The notes beneath the pieces were generated by a model that had not been told where the DNA came from, ran no database searches, and saw only the letters and a list, made by a program, of their open reading frames with translations. DNA of 43,336 nt from a virus (Duplodnaviria; Heunggongvirae; Uroviricota; Caudoviricetes). Position numbers and translations under genes: made by a program. The stretch is taken from the IMG/VR virus record IMGVR_UViG_2554235189_000011, positions 1-43,336 of that record; one strand, written 5' to 3'. Of the stretch, positions 9,394 to 18,374 are shown piece by piece (the first letter of the stretch is position 1; the number at the start of each line of letters is the position of its first letter).

Positions 9394-9721
9394 GCTAGTC
9401 TCCTCAACACTTCACTAGCTGTGCAGTGAAGGTACAAAAAGCCACTGATGATAACAGCGTCATCAGTGGCCCTTGATGGTGATAACCGCAGTTATCTAAA
9501 TAGTATGATATTACCTTACGGGTAATTCTTCAACGATTGCTCTGAATTGAATAGTCTTGAAGTGCTATGAACAGCACAAAACAGCGCTAATCACCGCCCC
9601 AGTGGCGCCTAAACACTTCAAAATGTTGGACAGAATCAGGACGTTAGAAGCACTACAATATGCACGTAAAATGCACGTGAGGTATTTTAAATTAGAAAAA
9701 TCATTAATATTCAATTGGTTA

Positions 9722-9763
9722 AGAATTTTTCGGATACGGGTTCAACTCCCGCCAGCTCCACCA
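9722..9763 (+). other. att core: partial copy of the ssrA (tmRNA) 3' end
   Basis: AGAATTTTTCGGATACGGGTTCAACTCCCGCCAGCTCCACCA matches the recalled E. coli ssrA 3' end with a few mismatches; no tmRNA body upstream. Confidence 0.75.
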
Positions 9764-9893
9764 ATCATGATTGGACGGTGTAAGGACAACACCAACAAAA
9801 ACAGGAAGTTAGCAGTCTCAGCAGGACACCGACCAGACGGTGAGGAGACAAAAAAGGATACGCAAAGGAGCCGCGGCTCTCAAGTGTGAAAGA

Positions 9894-9928
9894 AGCCCGC
9901 AAATTGCGGGCTTTTTTATTGATCAGTC
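9894..9928 (+). terminator. rho-independent terminator
   Basis: AAGCCCGCAAATTGCGGGCTT hairpin followed by TTTTTTATT. Confidence 0.7.
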
Positions 9929-9972
9929 AACAATAAACAGTAACCGAATGAGAATTTAATAAGGATATTCAT

Positions 9973-11004
9973 ATGGAAGCTACTGTGGATTCGATTGATT
10001 TTCTGATCCGTAGTGAAGATGATTTTCTAAACTTTCTGGAAGAAATGAAAGCCCGAGAGGGGCTTGATTCTAAAGAGTTTATTTTCCCTAACGTAAAGTT
10101 TGCAGGCTGGCCATCCTTAGACATAAATGTTAAAGGAGAGCGGTATCATTCATCAATTACATCAGCAATGTTGTTTGGTATGTCAATGCTCAACGAGGAG
10201 ATACAGCGGGCGTTTGCAACCATACGATACGGATCGCAGAATCTTCAACGCTTGACTAATGAAGACAAGCAACGACTTGATATAAATTTTAAAATTAGCG
10301 AAGGTTCTAGTGATGCGGAAGGCACCACTGACAAGATCATCAACGCAGTAACTGATTTTTTGCGAGATACTATGTCTGGACTGAACGGCTGGCAGAAAAT
10401 GCTTGTTATAATCACAATGGTTGGCGCGGCCAGCACATGTGGTTATCACTACATTTCAGAAAATGCCGTAACAGAAAGACATGCAACTGATCGGCAGGTT
10501 GAAATTGCGAAAACCACATCCGATGGCATAAACAAAGCCATAGAAGCAACATTAGATTATAAAATCTATGGGAAATCAGCGATTAGCGATAAAGTTACTA
10601 GTCACGGACAAGCAGGTAAAAGTGCTTTAGTGAAGCAATTAGCTGCTGATCCTACTGTCGAAACCGTGACTTTAGGAAATGAGAAACTAACACGACAAGA
10701 CCTAAATACCTACAACAGCCGACAATCTGTAGATAGAGAACGTAAAGAACGAACTGATATATTTTCCATCAAAGGTGTAACCAGAACAGGGCCAACAAAT
10801 CAGGATATTAATATTAACGTTGTTAGGGTCTCTAATGACGAATGCTTCACAATCAAAGCTTCAGCTGATGTTATCACCCAAGATGAGTTGACAGCTATTG
10901 TTGACGCTTTGTCAAACAACTCTCATATTAAAATCAGTTACTTAGAGGTAATTGAAAAGGGTGCTGTTTCTATAGGTCAGTTCAACACTATTGTTTCAGA
11001 ATAA
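9973..11004 (+). CDS. hypothetical protein with central hydrophobic segment (low-GC cargo)
   Basis: 343-aa ORF; AAGGA RBS; hydrophobic stretch WQKMLVIITMVGAASTCGYHYI. Confidence 0.6.
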   Translation: MEATVDSIDFLIRSEDDFLNFLEEMKAREGLDSKEFIFPNVKFAGWPSLDINVKGERYHSSITSAMLFGMSMLNEEIQRAFATIRYGSQNLQRLTNEDKQRLDINFKISEGSSDAEGTTDKIINAVTDFLRDTMSGLNGWQKMLVIITMVGAASTCGYHYISENAVTERHATDRQVEIAKTTSDGINKAIEATLDYKIYGKSAISDKVTSHGQAGKSALVKQLAADPTVETVTLGNEKLTRQDLNTYNSRQSVDRERKERTDIFSIKGVTRTGPTNQDININVVRVSNDECFTIKASADVITQDELTAIVDALSNNSHIKISYLEVIEKGAVSIGQFNTIVSE

Positions 11005-11055
11005 TCACTTAACCCCATTTATGTAGGTTGAGGTTATAAGTCACGGAGACCAGAT

Positions 11056-11400
11056 ATGTCCTTAAAGTATGCACATGAAAAATTTCATACTGCAGTACTT
11101 ACTCTTGCGGGCCATGGAAGTATTCAAGAACGCTTGATTAATTCGTATGTTTTTAGCCTTGGGCATCTTAAAACAGCCGATGATATTCCAAATGCCTTAC
11201 AAAGCAGGTTCGATGAATTATGTAAGGAACTGACTAAGTTTGATGCCACTGGCGATGAGGGGCGAGTTCAAGCAACAGTATCAAAACTTAACGATTTCGA
11301 GATCAATAAACTGATCGAAGATATTGTCAGTCTTAACGATGATATTTGCATGAAATTGGCTCTGACGGATGAGACTTACCAAGACATACACCAAAGTTAA
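11056..11400 (+). CDS. hypothetical protein (low-GC cargo)
   Basis: 114-aa ORF downstream of 9973-11004. Confidence 0.55.
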   Translation: MSLKYAHEKFHTAVLTLAGHGSIQERLINSYVFSLGHLKTADDIPNALQSRFDELCKELTKFDATGDEGRVQATVSKLNDFEINKLIEDIVSLNDDICMKLALTDETYQDIHQS

Positions 11401-11484
11401 TTGATTAAATTCAAAAAGTTAACGTTCAACCTGCCAGTTTTTGGCTGGTTTATTGTCTTATAATATTCTTGCTCGAATGATGCA

Positions 11485-11697
11485 CTATTTATGATGTAAT
11501 CCGGACATCAGTTCATGGACAAGATTATCTCTTTCATTGTGTTGCAACCGTAAATGCATAGCAAAAAGGTGAGCACTATCCTCATTCCTCTTCAAGCCAT
11601 GCTGTTCAAGATACCCGAAAAAACGGCTTCTCTTATCCGCTATTTCCTGAGTCTGACGTGCAACATTTACCAAATTTTCTAGCGTTTTTCTTGGCAT
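11485..11697 (-). CDS. hypothetical small protein
   Basis: 70-aa ORF with strong AGGAGG RBS. Confidence 0.55.
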   Translation of the reverse strand: MPRKTLENLVNVARQTQEIADKRSRFFGYLEQHGLKRNEDSAHLFAMHLRLQHNERDNLVHELMSGLHHK

Positions 11698-11895
11698 ACT
11701 ATTTCCTCCTGAAATTGTTGTAATTCACTAGGATATTCATTTTAATTTGTATCATTTAGTACCAAAACCGCTATCAATTAACAAAGCCATCGTTGTGGTT
11801 TACCTTGCAGCCGTTTTTTGTCATTGACTCTATGTGAAAATAATGAATCATCATGAGATTGGCTCACACGTTCTTGAATTCGACGAGCTGTGTCT

Positions 11896-12450
11896 TTATT
11901 TATCTCCTGCCGGAAACCTCTGATACAAAGTCGATACGCCAACATCATAGATAATCGCAACTTTCTGGCGCGGAACTCCTGATGCAATTAATCGTCCGGC
12001 TTGTGCCCATTGTTCTGGTGTAAGTTTGGGACGACGTCCACCAATTCGTTCCTGTGCGCGAGCAGCTTCCAGTCCAGCTTTTGTTCGTTCAACAATCAGT
12101 TCTCGTTCCATTTCAGCCAGGGCCCCCATCACATGAAAGAAAAAGCGCCCCATTGGGGTACTGGTATCAATTGAATCCGTCAGACTACGAAAGTTGATGC
12201 CTCGTTCGCGCAACTCCTCCACCAGCACGACAAGATGCCGCATACTGCGCCCCAGCCGGTCCAGTTTCCAGACCACCAGCGTGTCACCTGCCGATAATGT
12301 CCTGAGCAGTTTTTTCAGTCCCGGCCTTTCGGACTTTGTACCGCTTATCTTGTCTTCAAAAATCAGCTCGCATCCTGCACAGTTCAGCGCATTACGTTGT
12401 AGATCTGTGTTCTGGTCATTTGTTGATACGCGTACATAGCCAATAAGCAT
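11896..12450 (-). CDS. pin: serine recombinase, DNA invertase (Pin/Gin/Hin/Cin family)
   Basis: Internal start MLIGYVRVSTNDQNTDLQRNAL...; 184 aa; close to recalled e14 PinE. Confidence 0.9.
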   Translation of the reverse strand: MLIGYVRVSTNDQNTDLQRNALNCAGCELIFEDKISGTKSERPGLKKLLRTLSAGDTLVVWKLDRLGRSMRHLVVLVEELRERGINFRSLTDSIDTSTPMGRFFFHVMGALAEMERELIVERTKAGLEAARAQERIGGRRPKLTPEQWAQAGRLIASGVPRQKVAIIYDVGVSTLYQRFPAGDK

Positions 12451-12504
12451 GGTAGATCCCCCTGACAAAAGCAGGAATGATGCCATTTGCTCGTTATTTC
12501 TGCA

Positions 12505-12530
12505 TTTCCATAAACGTTGGTTTGGGAGAA
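12505..12530. repeat. invertase crossover site (pix/gix-like), pin-proximal
   Basis: TTTCCATAAACGTTGGTTTGGGAGAA; 15 nt of its reverse complement are identical to the site at 14396-14421. Confidence 0.7.
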
Positions 12531-12998
12531 GGCTCTGCATTACCTGTTGGTGTGCCTGTTCCATGGCCTTCAGCCACACCGCCAACAGGCTGGCTGAAAT
12601 GCAACGGTGCGGCATTTTCTGCTGAAGAATACCCGGAACTGGCAAAGGCTTATCCAACAAATAAATTACCTGATTTACGCGGTGAGTTTATTCGTGGCTG
12701 GGATGACGGGCGCGGTATTGATGCAGGACGTGTTTTATTGAGTATTCAGGCCGGAATGCTGGAAAAGCACCGTCATCCTGTTGTCGCCAACGATGGGTAT
12801 GACTCAAAAGAGGAATGGGAACTGGCGACAATCTTCAGAAGAGCATATACGCAAGGCAGGGGGCTTGATGCTGCCGCTGCCGGAGGGAGTCTGATCCCAT
12901 CACCGACACTTCATTCACGAGGGAGTATCGGTAATACTGGCGGGAGTGAAACCCGTCCACGAAATATTGCATTTAACTATATCGTGAGGGCTGCATAA
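12531..12998 (+). CDS. alternative tail-fiber C-terminal variable segment, currently silent
   Basis: Start-less ORF beginning at the crossover site (...GLGE GSALPVGVPVPWPSATPPTGWLKCNGAAF...). Confidence 0.7.
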   Translation, partial: GSALPVGVPVPWPSATPPTGWLKCNGAAFSAEEYPELAKAYPTNKLPDLRGEFIRGWDDGRGIDAGRVLLSIQAGMLEKHRHPVVANDGYDSKEEWELATIFRRAYTQGRGLDAAAAGGSLIPSPTLHSRGSIGNTGGSETRPRNIAFNYIVRAA

Positions 12999-13708
12999 TG
13001 GATAACGCCGTATTAAATAGCGAGCTTATTACCACGAAGGCGGGGAATATTACCGTCTATAACTATGATGGTGAGACGCGGGAATATATTTCTGCATCAA
13101 CTGAATATCTTGCAGTGGGTGTCGGTATTCCAGCATATTCCTGTTTAGACGCTCCTGGTACATCTAAGGCTGGTTATACAATTTGCCGTTCTGTGGATTT
13201 AAAATCATGGGAATATGTGTCAGACCATCGCGGTGAAATCGTCTATAACACCGAAACGGGAGATGCCAAAGAAATCACAGCACTAGGCGACTATCCCGAA
13301 AATACAACCACTATCGCCCCGTTAACGCCATACGATAAATGGGATGGTGAAAAATGGGTGACAGATACTGAGGCACAACACGGTGCCGCAGTAGAAGCGG
13401 CAGAAGCACAGCGCCAGTCACTGATTGATGCAGCAATGGCTTCCATCAGTCTGATTCAACTGAAATTGCAGGCCGGACGTAAACTGACGCAGGCAGAAAC
13501 AACCAGACTTAACGCTGTGCTGGATTACATTGACGCGGTGACGGCAACAGATACCAGCACCGCGCCGGATGTCATCTGGCCTGAACTGCCGGAGGCGCAG
13601 GCCATTCAATATCTGGCGCACTGGAGGAATCAACCAGTTCCAGTGCGTCCAGATAATCCAGCCACAAATTATATTGCGCCAGTTCATCATCTTTCAGACG
13701 ACCAATAG
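12998..13708 (+). CDS. tail fiber assembly protein (alternative)
   Basis: 236 aa; conserved Tfa C-terminal motif ...LDYIDAVTATDTSTAPDVIWPELP. Confidence 0.75.
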   Translation: MDNAVLNSELITTKAGNITVYNYDGETREYISASTEYLAVGVGIPAYSCLDAPGTSKAGYTICRSVDLKSWEYVSDHRGEIVYNTETGDAKEITALGDYPENTTTIAPLTPYDKWDGEKWVTDTEAQHGAAVEAAEAQRQSLIDAAMASISLIQLKLQAGRKLTQAETTRLNAVLDYIDAVTATDTSTAPDVIWPELPEAQAIQYLAHWRNQPVPVRPDNPATNYIAPVHHLSDDQ

Positions 13709-14024
13709 CGGCTTTACCGGGCCATTGCTTACTGTTCATGTATTCGTTGGCTTGGTTAATTAGTAGCTGTCTTTCTGATTCAGTAATTTCAATAAGTTCT
13801 TCATGCGTGGGTGGAGGAATCTCTGCCCACGCAGGCAGCCCATCATCTCCGGCAATACGGATTTTTCCTTGTGGCGGTTCAGCCATAAACTCACTGATAA
13901 TATTTTGATTTACTTCCTTAGCGTCTGATAAATCCCATCCCTCTGATTTATATTTATCAATCATATCCACAGGGAAAAAAGCATTATGCCTTGCGCTATA
14001 AACATATTCGTTCATATAAATCAC
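13572..14024 (-). CDS. tail fiber assembly protein (expressed orientation)
   Basis: 150 aa; ...LDYLDALELVDSSSAPDIEWPAPP motif; convergent with the alternative tfa. Confidence 0.75.
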   Translation of the reverse strand: MIYMNEYVYSARHNAFFPVDMIDKYKSEGWDLSDAKEVNQNIISEFMAEPPQGKIRIAGDDGLPAWAEIPPPTHEELIEITESERQLLINQANEYMNSKQWPGKAAIGRLKDDELAQYNLWLDYLDALELVDSSSAPDIEWPAPPAVQAR

Positions 14025-14035
14025 CCTGAATAAAA

Positions 14036-14698
14036 TTACTCACCAACAGCCCACCAACTGTAATTCATCGATACCGTGTCGCTGGTTGATGACGTTCTGT
14101 AAGCAGAATTAAAGCCGGTTAACGTTGGGCCTTCTGCAGTCATCACGGACCCTCGCCCAGCGCCTAAAGGCGCACCGCCATCACCAGAATGAGTAAGCAT
14201 GGCGCAGTCCGCTTTTTTGGGGAAAGGGATGCTAAATGTAATTCTCATTGTTTGCGTCGATAATGTCGGCGTAACCGCACCACGACCATATTGCAGGATT
14301 TTCCCGTTGGGTAATTTCATCCATCCATCACCACTGGCAAAAGAGGCCATGTCCGGTATCTGATTTTCCCCTGTCCCTACATCCCGTTTTGCCGCTTCTC
14401 CCAAACCAAGGTTTTCGAGAGCCGTTTTCACCGTGCCATCCGATTTGATATCGCCAAACGGATTCTTGCGGCTTAACAGCAGCGCGCGAAGCGCGGTAAG
14501 TAGCTGGTCGTGCCGCCCCTTCTCCAGGCTGGCACCGGACGCCTCCACAACGCTGCAAAGCTCCTCCTGCAACATGTCAAAGTAGTCATCATCCAGATCG
14601 GTGGCAGGCGTGCCGGTCTGGGGGTTACCACGGGTAAAACCGTTCTTACCCGCGCCGAACTTATCCTTCTGCGCGGTTTTCGTGTCTATACGATGCAT
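14036..14698 (-). CDS. tail fiber protein (short constant N-terminus plus variable C-terminus)
   Basis: 220 aa; contains the crossover site at ENLGLGE. Confidence 0.75.
   Translation of the reverse strand: MHRIDTKTAQKDKFGAGKNGFTRGNPQTGTPATDLDDDYFDMLQEELCSVVEASGASLEKGRHDQLLTALRALLLSRKNPFGDIKSDGTVKTALENLGLGEAAKRDVGTGENQIPDMASFASGDGWMKLPNGKILQYGRGAVTPTLSTQTMRITFSIPFPKKADCAMLTHSGDGGAPLGAGRGSVMTAEGPTLTGFNSAYRTSSTSDTVSMNYSWWAVGE
14396..14421. repeat. invertase crossover site (pix/gix-like), inside tail fiber gene
   Basis: TTCTCCCAAACCAAGGTTTTCGAGAG; close to the recalled gix consensus. Confidence 0.7.
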
Positions 14699-14701
14699 GG
14701 A

Positions 14702-15286
14702 TTACTCCGGATATTTAAAAATTACGTAGGTATGCGACGGGCAGAGTTTGTTAAGCACACATTCGACAACTGTGTCGCCCCAGATACGCAGTGCGGAATC
14801 ACAGGGATCGCCACATGTCATCCAGGTGGTGTTGGTGGCGGCTGGCATGTTGACCTGCCAGTAATACCGCCATTCAGGCGCGTTCACAGCGTCAGTACAG
14901 GCCGATGAGCAGGTGAACGTGCTTTTGTCGTATCGCGCGATGGTGGCATCTGGTCTGCCCAGGGCAGCAAGCTGTGCAAGATAAAAATCCTCGTTGATGC
15001 CGCCCGCCAGGTTAACCTTCGCATCCAGCCGTTGCTGACGCTGGCGAAGGGTCTGTGTCCCTGCGGGAATACATTCATCCGGCAGGCCGCACAGACGCTC
15101 CCAGCGATTTATCAGTTCGGTGGTGGTGCGCGGATCCAGCTCCCGCATCAGGGCATCCGCACGCTGATGAACGCGGGTTAATGACGGTGCCGCACCGGCA
15201 ATCGCCGGATCGCTGGCTGACCACGCCGGACCGGGGGGCAACAGTGCCGACAACAGACGGATGTAATCATCGTTTGTCACGTCCAT
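14702..15286 (-). CDS. Mu gp48-like baseplate/tail protein
   Basis: 194 aa, position between baseplate J and tail fiber. Confidence 0.7.
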   Translation of the reverse strand: MDVTNDDYIRLLSALLPPGPAWSASDPAIAGAAPSLTRVHQRADALMRELDPRTTTELINRWERLCGLPDECIPAGTQTLRQRQQRLDAKVNLAGGINEDFYLAQLAALGRPDATIARYDKSTFTCSSACTDAVNAPEWRYYWQVNMPAATNTTWMTCGDPCDSALRIWGDTVVECVLNKLCPSHTYVIFKYPE

Positions 15287-16335
15287 GAAATCGTCCCCAG
15301 TACCGCCAGTTCATTTTTTGCAATGGAGATATTGTCTGCCGGTGCAAGCAACTGATGGCTGTATTCCCCGTTCGCACCGGAAATCGCCTCACTGATACGC
15401 GACACCTTCAGTTCTCCCTGCGGATAACCATCACGCAGCAGGAACGAACGCAACTCGGCGGTGATGGCAGCCCGTATTTCCGGTGTGTCCGGCGTCACGC
15501 GGATATGAAAATCCACTTTATGCGCCACCGGCCTGAATACATACAAATCAGAGCCTGCCACCGGGGCCAGTGGCTCAATGTGTTGTCTTGCCGCCGTTTC
15601 CGTTGATTCTTCCGGAATGGGATTAATCAGGTCACTGCTGGCAATCATCACACCGACAGTTCCCGTTCCCATCCAGTGACGGTATGTCCATGCGCGGGTA
15701 ATGCCGGGCACTTCTTTAGCCCAGACAACATAGTCCCCGTCAGCCCCGCCCTGAGGCGTCCAGTAATACCGCTCAATGACGCGGGCGCGCCACGTTTCCA
15801 GATCTTCAGTATCGAATCCGCCAGTCAGGGTATCTGCAACACCGGAAGACGGCAGACCATTCACCGGCGTGACCAGGATTAATGCCGTACCGTCGTCAGC
15901 GTTACCGACCGCGCCTGCACTTGAGCAGGCGATCGGCACGCGCAGGACACCACCGGAGCTGGTTGCATCAGCAGTTGCCGTGTACTGAACCAGGTCATCG
16001 CGCTGAATCACGCTCCCGGCGGTCACCTTCAGGCCATCGCTGACACCTTCCCAGCGCATATACCCGCTGGCAGCCGTGGCCCCCTTGCGCGGACACCGTT
16101 TCATCGCAGCATGTCGCGCCAGCCAGGACTCATCGCACAGGTCAGGCAGCATGTTCATTGCCAGATAATCGATGTAACCGTAAACCGTATGCAGCGCCGC
16201 CGCATACACCTTTGCCCGCACGTCTTCATCCATGCGCCGGAGCGTGTCGCTGACGTCCAGCCTGGCGAATAAATCGTTACGGAGCATACTGATATTTTCT
16301 GCCAGCGTCGGGCGCTGAAATTCACTGTCCGCCAT
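15277..16335 (-). CDS. baseplate J-like protein (Mu gp47-like)
   Basis: 352 aa in Mu-like baseplate gene order. Confidence 0.75.
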   Translation of the reverse strand: MADSEFQRPTLAENISMLRNDLFARLDVSDTLRRMDEDVRAKVYAAALHTVYGYIDYLAMNMLPDLCDESWLARHAAMKRCPRKGATAASGYMRWEGVSDGLKVTAGSVIQRDDLVQYTATADATSSGGVLRVPIACSSAGAVGNADDGTALILVTPVNGLPSSGVADTLTGGFDTEDLETWRARVIERYYWTPQGGADGDYVVWAKEVPGITRAWTYRHWMGTGTVGVMIASSDLINPIPEESTETAARQHIEPLAPVAGSDLYVFRPVAHKVDFHIRVTPDTPEIRAAITAELRSFLLRDGYPQGELKVSRISEAISGANGEYSHQLLAPADNISIAKNELAVLGTISWT

Positions 16336-16750
16336 GCGTTATCGCACTCCACAGATCATCAAAAGAAATCATTACTGGTCCATCGCGACGCCAGAGGGTG
16401 ATACTGTTACCCAGCTCATTAATCCCGGTGCGGCGGATATCCAGATCAATACGGGACACCACGCCGTCATCAATCATCCATTGCAGGCATTCGCGGATAT
16501 ACCCCCTTACCGTCTGCACCAGCTGATTGGTCAGTTTGCTGCGCTGAAGCAGCCACAGCCGGGAGCCGTAACGATCATTCTGTACCGCAGGCCAGGTATC
16601 CCCCCACCATCCCATCGGGACGTCGGCATTGTCATCAGGCTCCGCCCGCCGCCAGGTGAACAGGGAAATCACCACGGCGCGGGTCAGCGGATCCAGCGGT
16701 GCGCTGGCGCAGGTGCGTTTACCGTTCACCGTCAGCCACAGTTCCATCAT
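16322..16750 (-). CDS. Mu gp46-like baseplate protein
   Basis: 142 aa, synteny. Confidence 0.7.
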   Translation of the reverse strand: MMELWLTVNGKRTCASAPLDPLTRAVVISLFTWRRAEPDDNADVPMGWWGDTWPAVQNDRYGSRLWLLQRSKLTNQLVQTVRGYIRECLQWMIDDGVVSRIDLDIRRTGINELGNSITLWRRDGPVMISFDDLWSAITHGGQ

Positions 16751-17295
16751 GCCTCCATCGCTTTATCAGGTTTGTCGGTGTTACTGCCCTGACCGTTTTC
16801 TCTGTGACGATGCCCGTTATAGGCAAGCCGCATCGCTGACATGGTGGTGCCGCCGGAGTCGCACAGGTCTTTCACCTGTCCGGTCACTTCCAGGTCCATT
16901 TCAAAACGTGCTTCAGGTGCATTGCGAAACGTGATCGTTTTACCTGCACCGTCCACCACGATCCCCTCCCGGGTCAGCGTCACAGACTGCCCCTGATCGT
17001 CATAGACAGCCACCTCACCCGTCTGCAGCCCTTTCAGGCGGTAGCGCCGGTCCGACACCGTAACAACCACCGCATGAGAACGGTCGCCATCCGGAAACAA
17101 CACCACCGCTTCCGCACCGCTGTTTGCCCTTGCGGTAAAACCGTAGGGTTCAAGATGTTCAACCCCGGCTTTGGGTTCACCGGCAATCAGGGACACATCC
17201 ACGGTCTGACATTTCGTGGCGGCACTGATGCTTTTCACCACTGCCCGCCCAATCAGGCCGAGAAGTTGTCGCTGCATGGCTTCAATCGTCCTCAT
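16747..17295 (-). CDS. baseplate assembly protein V / spike (Mu gp45-like)
   Basis: 182 aa, synteny and gpV-like middle region. Confidence 0.7.
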   Translation of the reverse strand: MRTIEAMQRQLLGLIGRAVVKSISAATKCQTVDVSLIAGEPKAGVEHLEPYGFTARANSGAEAVVLFPDGDRSHAVVVTVSDRRYRLKGLQTGEVAVYDDQGQSVTLTREGIVVDGAGKTITFRNAPEARFEMDLEVTGQVKDLCDSGGTTMSAMRLAYNGHRHRENGQGSNTDKPDKAMEA

Positions 17296-18374
17296 CAGAA
17301 CGGGTCCTCCTGTACTCTGGCTTTTTTCTTTTTCCGCGCGCCGGGGTCTTCGGGTTCAGGCAGATAAGCATCAGGCGGGCCGACACGGATTTCCGTCAGG
17401 GTGCCGTTCTGGTCCTGAGTAAACGTGACTTCCGAAACAAGCAGTTCGGTATTGTCGAAACCACAGACCGGATCAAAGACAATCACCCGCTGGTTGGGCT
17501 GCCACAGCGTACCGTTACCCTGTCGCCAGCCCTGCACCACATAGGTGGTTTCATCCGTCCGCGCCGCCCGTTGCCGGGCTTCAAAGTCAGCACGCGCAAT
17601 ACAGCCAGCCCCCGTGGCCTGCCCTGTCTGCCTGATATACATCGGACGGTAACGGGCAATAAATGCGTCCTCTGTGCGGGCCCGCAGCGCGGTGGTGGTG
17701 GCCTCACCGAAATCATCGTCGTTTCCGGCACGCTGCCCCGCCACCTGGTAAACTGAAAACCGCTCCCGGATACTCTTCTCCGTATCGCAGGAAAGGATGT
17801 TTTCCCCAAGTACCAGCGCGGTATGTGCCCGCGTTGAGCCAATACCGCCAATCACCAGCCTGCCGTGCGGATCGTCGTAAGCCAGTGCCTGCTGCTGACC
17901 GAGTATTTTGTTGATCACCTCGATCACCGTTTCACCGTGATCAGGCTGGACATCAGGAATAACACCCGACGGCGCACCGCTGTTCACCACCTCAATGCCG
18001 AAAGGCGCAGTAAGCGCCTGCGCAATCTGTACCAGCGATCGTCCGTTAAACTGTGTCGGTTCGGCTGCACAGTCAATCAGGTCAGCGGTCAGACTGCGTC
18101 CGGCAATACCGGTGCTGACCGAACGGGCATCGTAACGAACGGGAGTCGCCTCCACCCAGCCGGTGATCACCAGCTCATCACCAATCAGCACTTCCACTTT
18201 TGAACCGTTTTTAATGCGCGGCTGAAGCGTGGTGATACCCTCATCTCCCGGCCACTGGCGGGTGATCTCCACACTGAAATCCCGCGCCAGCCGTTCAATA
18301 CCGGCACCGATGCGCACCGATGTCCAGCCATTCCACTCCCGGCCATTTACCCGTAGCGTGACGTTATCGTTCAT
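17295..18374 (-). CDS. Mu gp44-like baseplate hub protein
   Basis: 359 aa, synteny. Confidence 0.7.
   Translation of the reverse strand: MNDNVTLRVNGREWNGWTSVRIGAGIERLARDFSVEITRQWPGDEGITTLQPRIKNGSKVEVLIGDELVITGWVEATPVRYDARSVSTGIAGRSLTADLIDCAAEPTQFNGRSLVQIAQALTAPFGIEVVNSGAPSGVIPDVQPDHGETVIEVINKILGQQQALAYDDPHGRLVIGGIGSTRAHTALVLGENILSCDTEKSIRERFSVYQVAGQRAGNDDDFGEATTTALRARTEDAFIARYRPMYIRQTGQATGAGCIARADFEARQRAARTDETTYVVQGWRQGNGTLWQPNQRVIVFDPVCGFDNTELLVSEVTFTQDQNGTLTEIRVGPPDAYLPEPEDPGARKKKKARVQEDPF

Noticed and set aside
9700-9770. Possible complete tRNA or tmRNA gene
   Set aside because: Only the 3'-terminal about 42 nt of ssrA are present; the T-arm stem carries a mismatch and there is no acceptor 5' strand or tmRNA body upstream.
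9557-9889. 110-aa plus-strand ORF spanning the att core
   Set aside because: It reads straight through the ssrA 3'-end copy and the following terminator hairpin, with no RBS and biased composition; almost certainly not coding.
12194-12439. 81-aa plus-strand ORF inside pin (and its counterpart 41364-41837)
   Set aside because: Antisense reading frame of the serine recombinase gene; useful only as evidence that the two regions are homologous.
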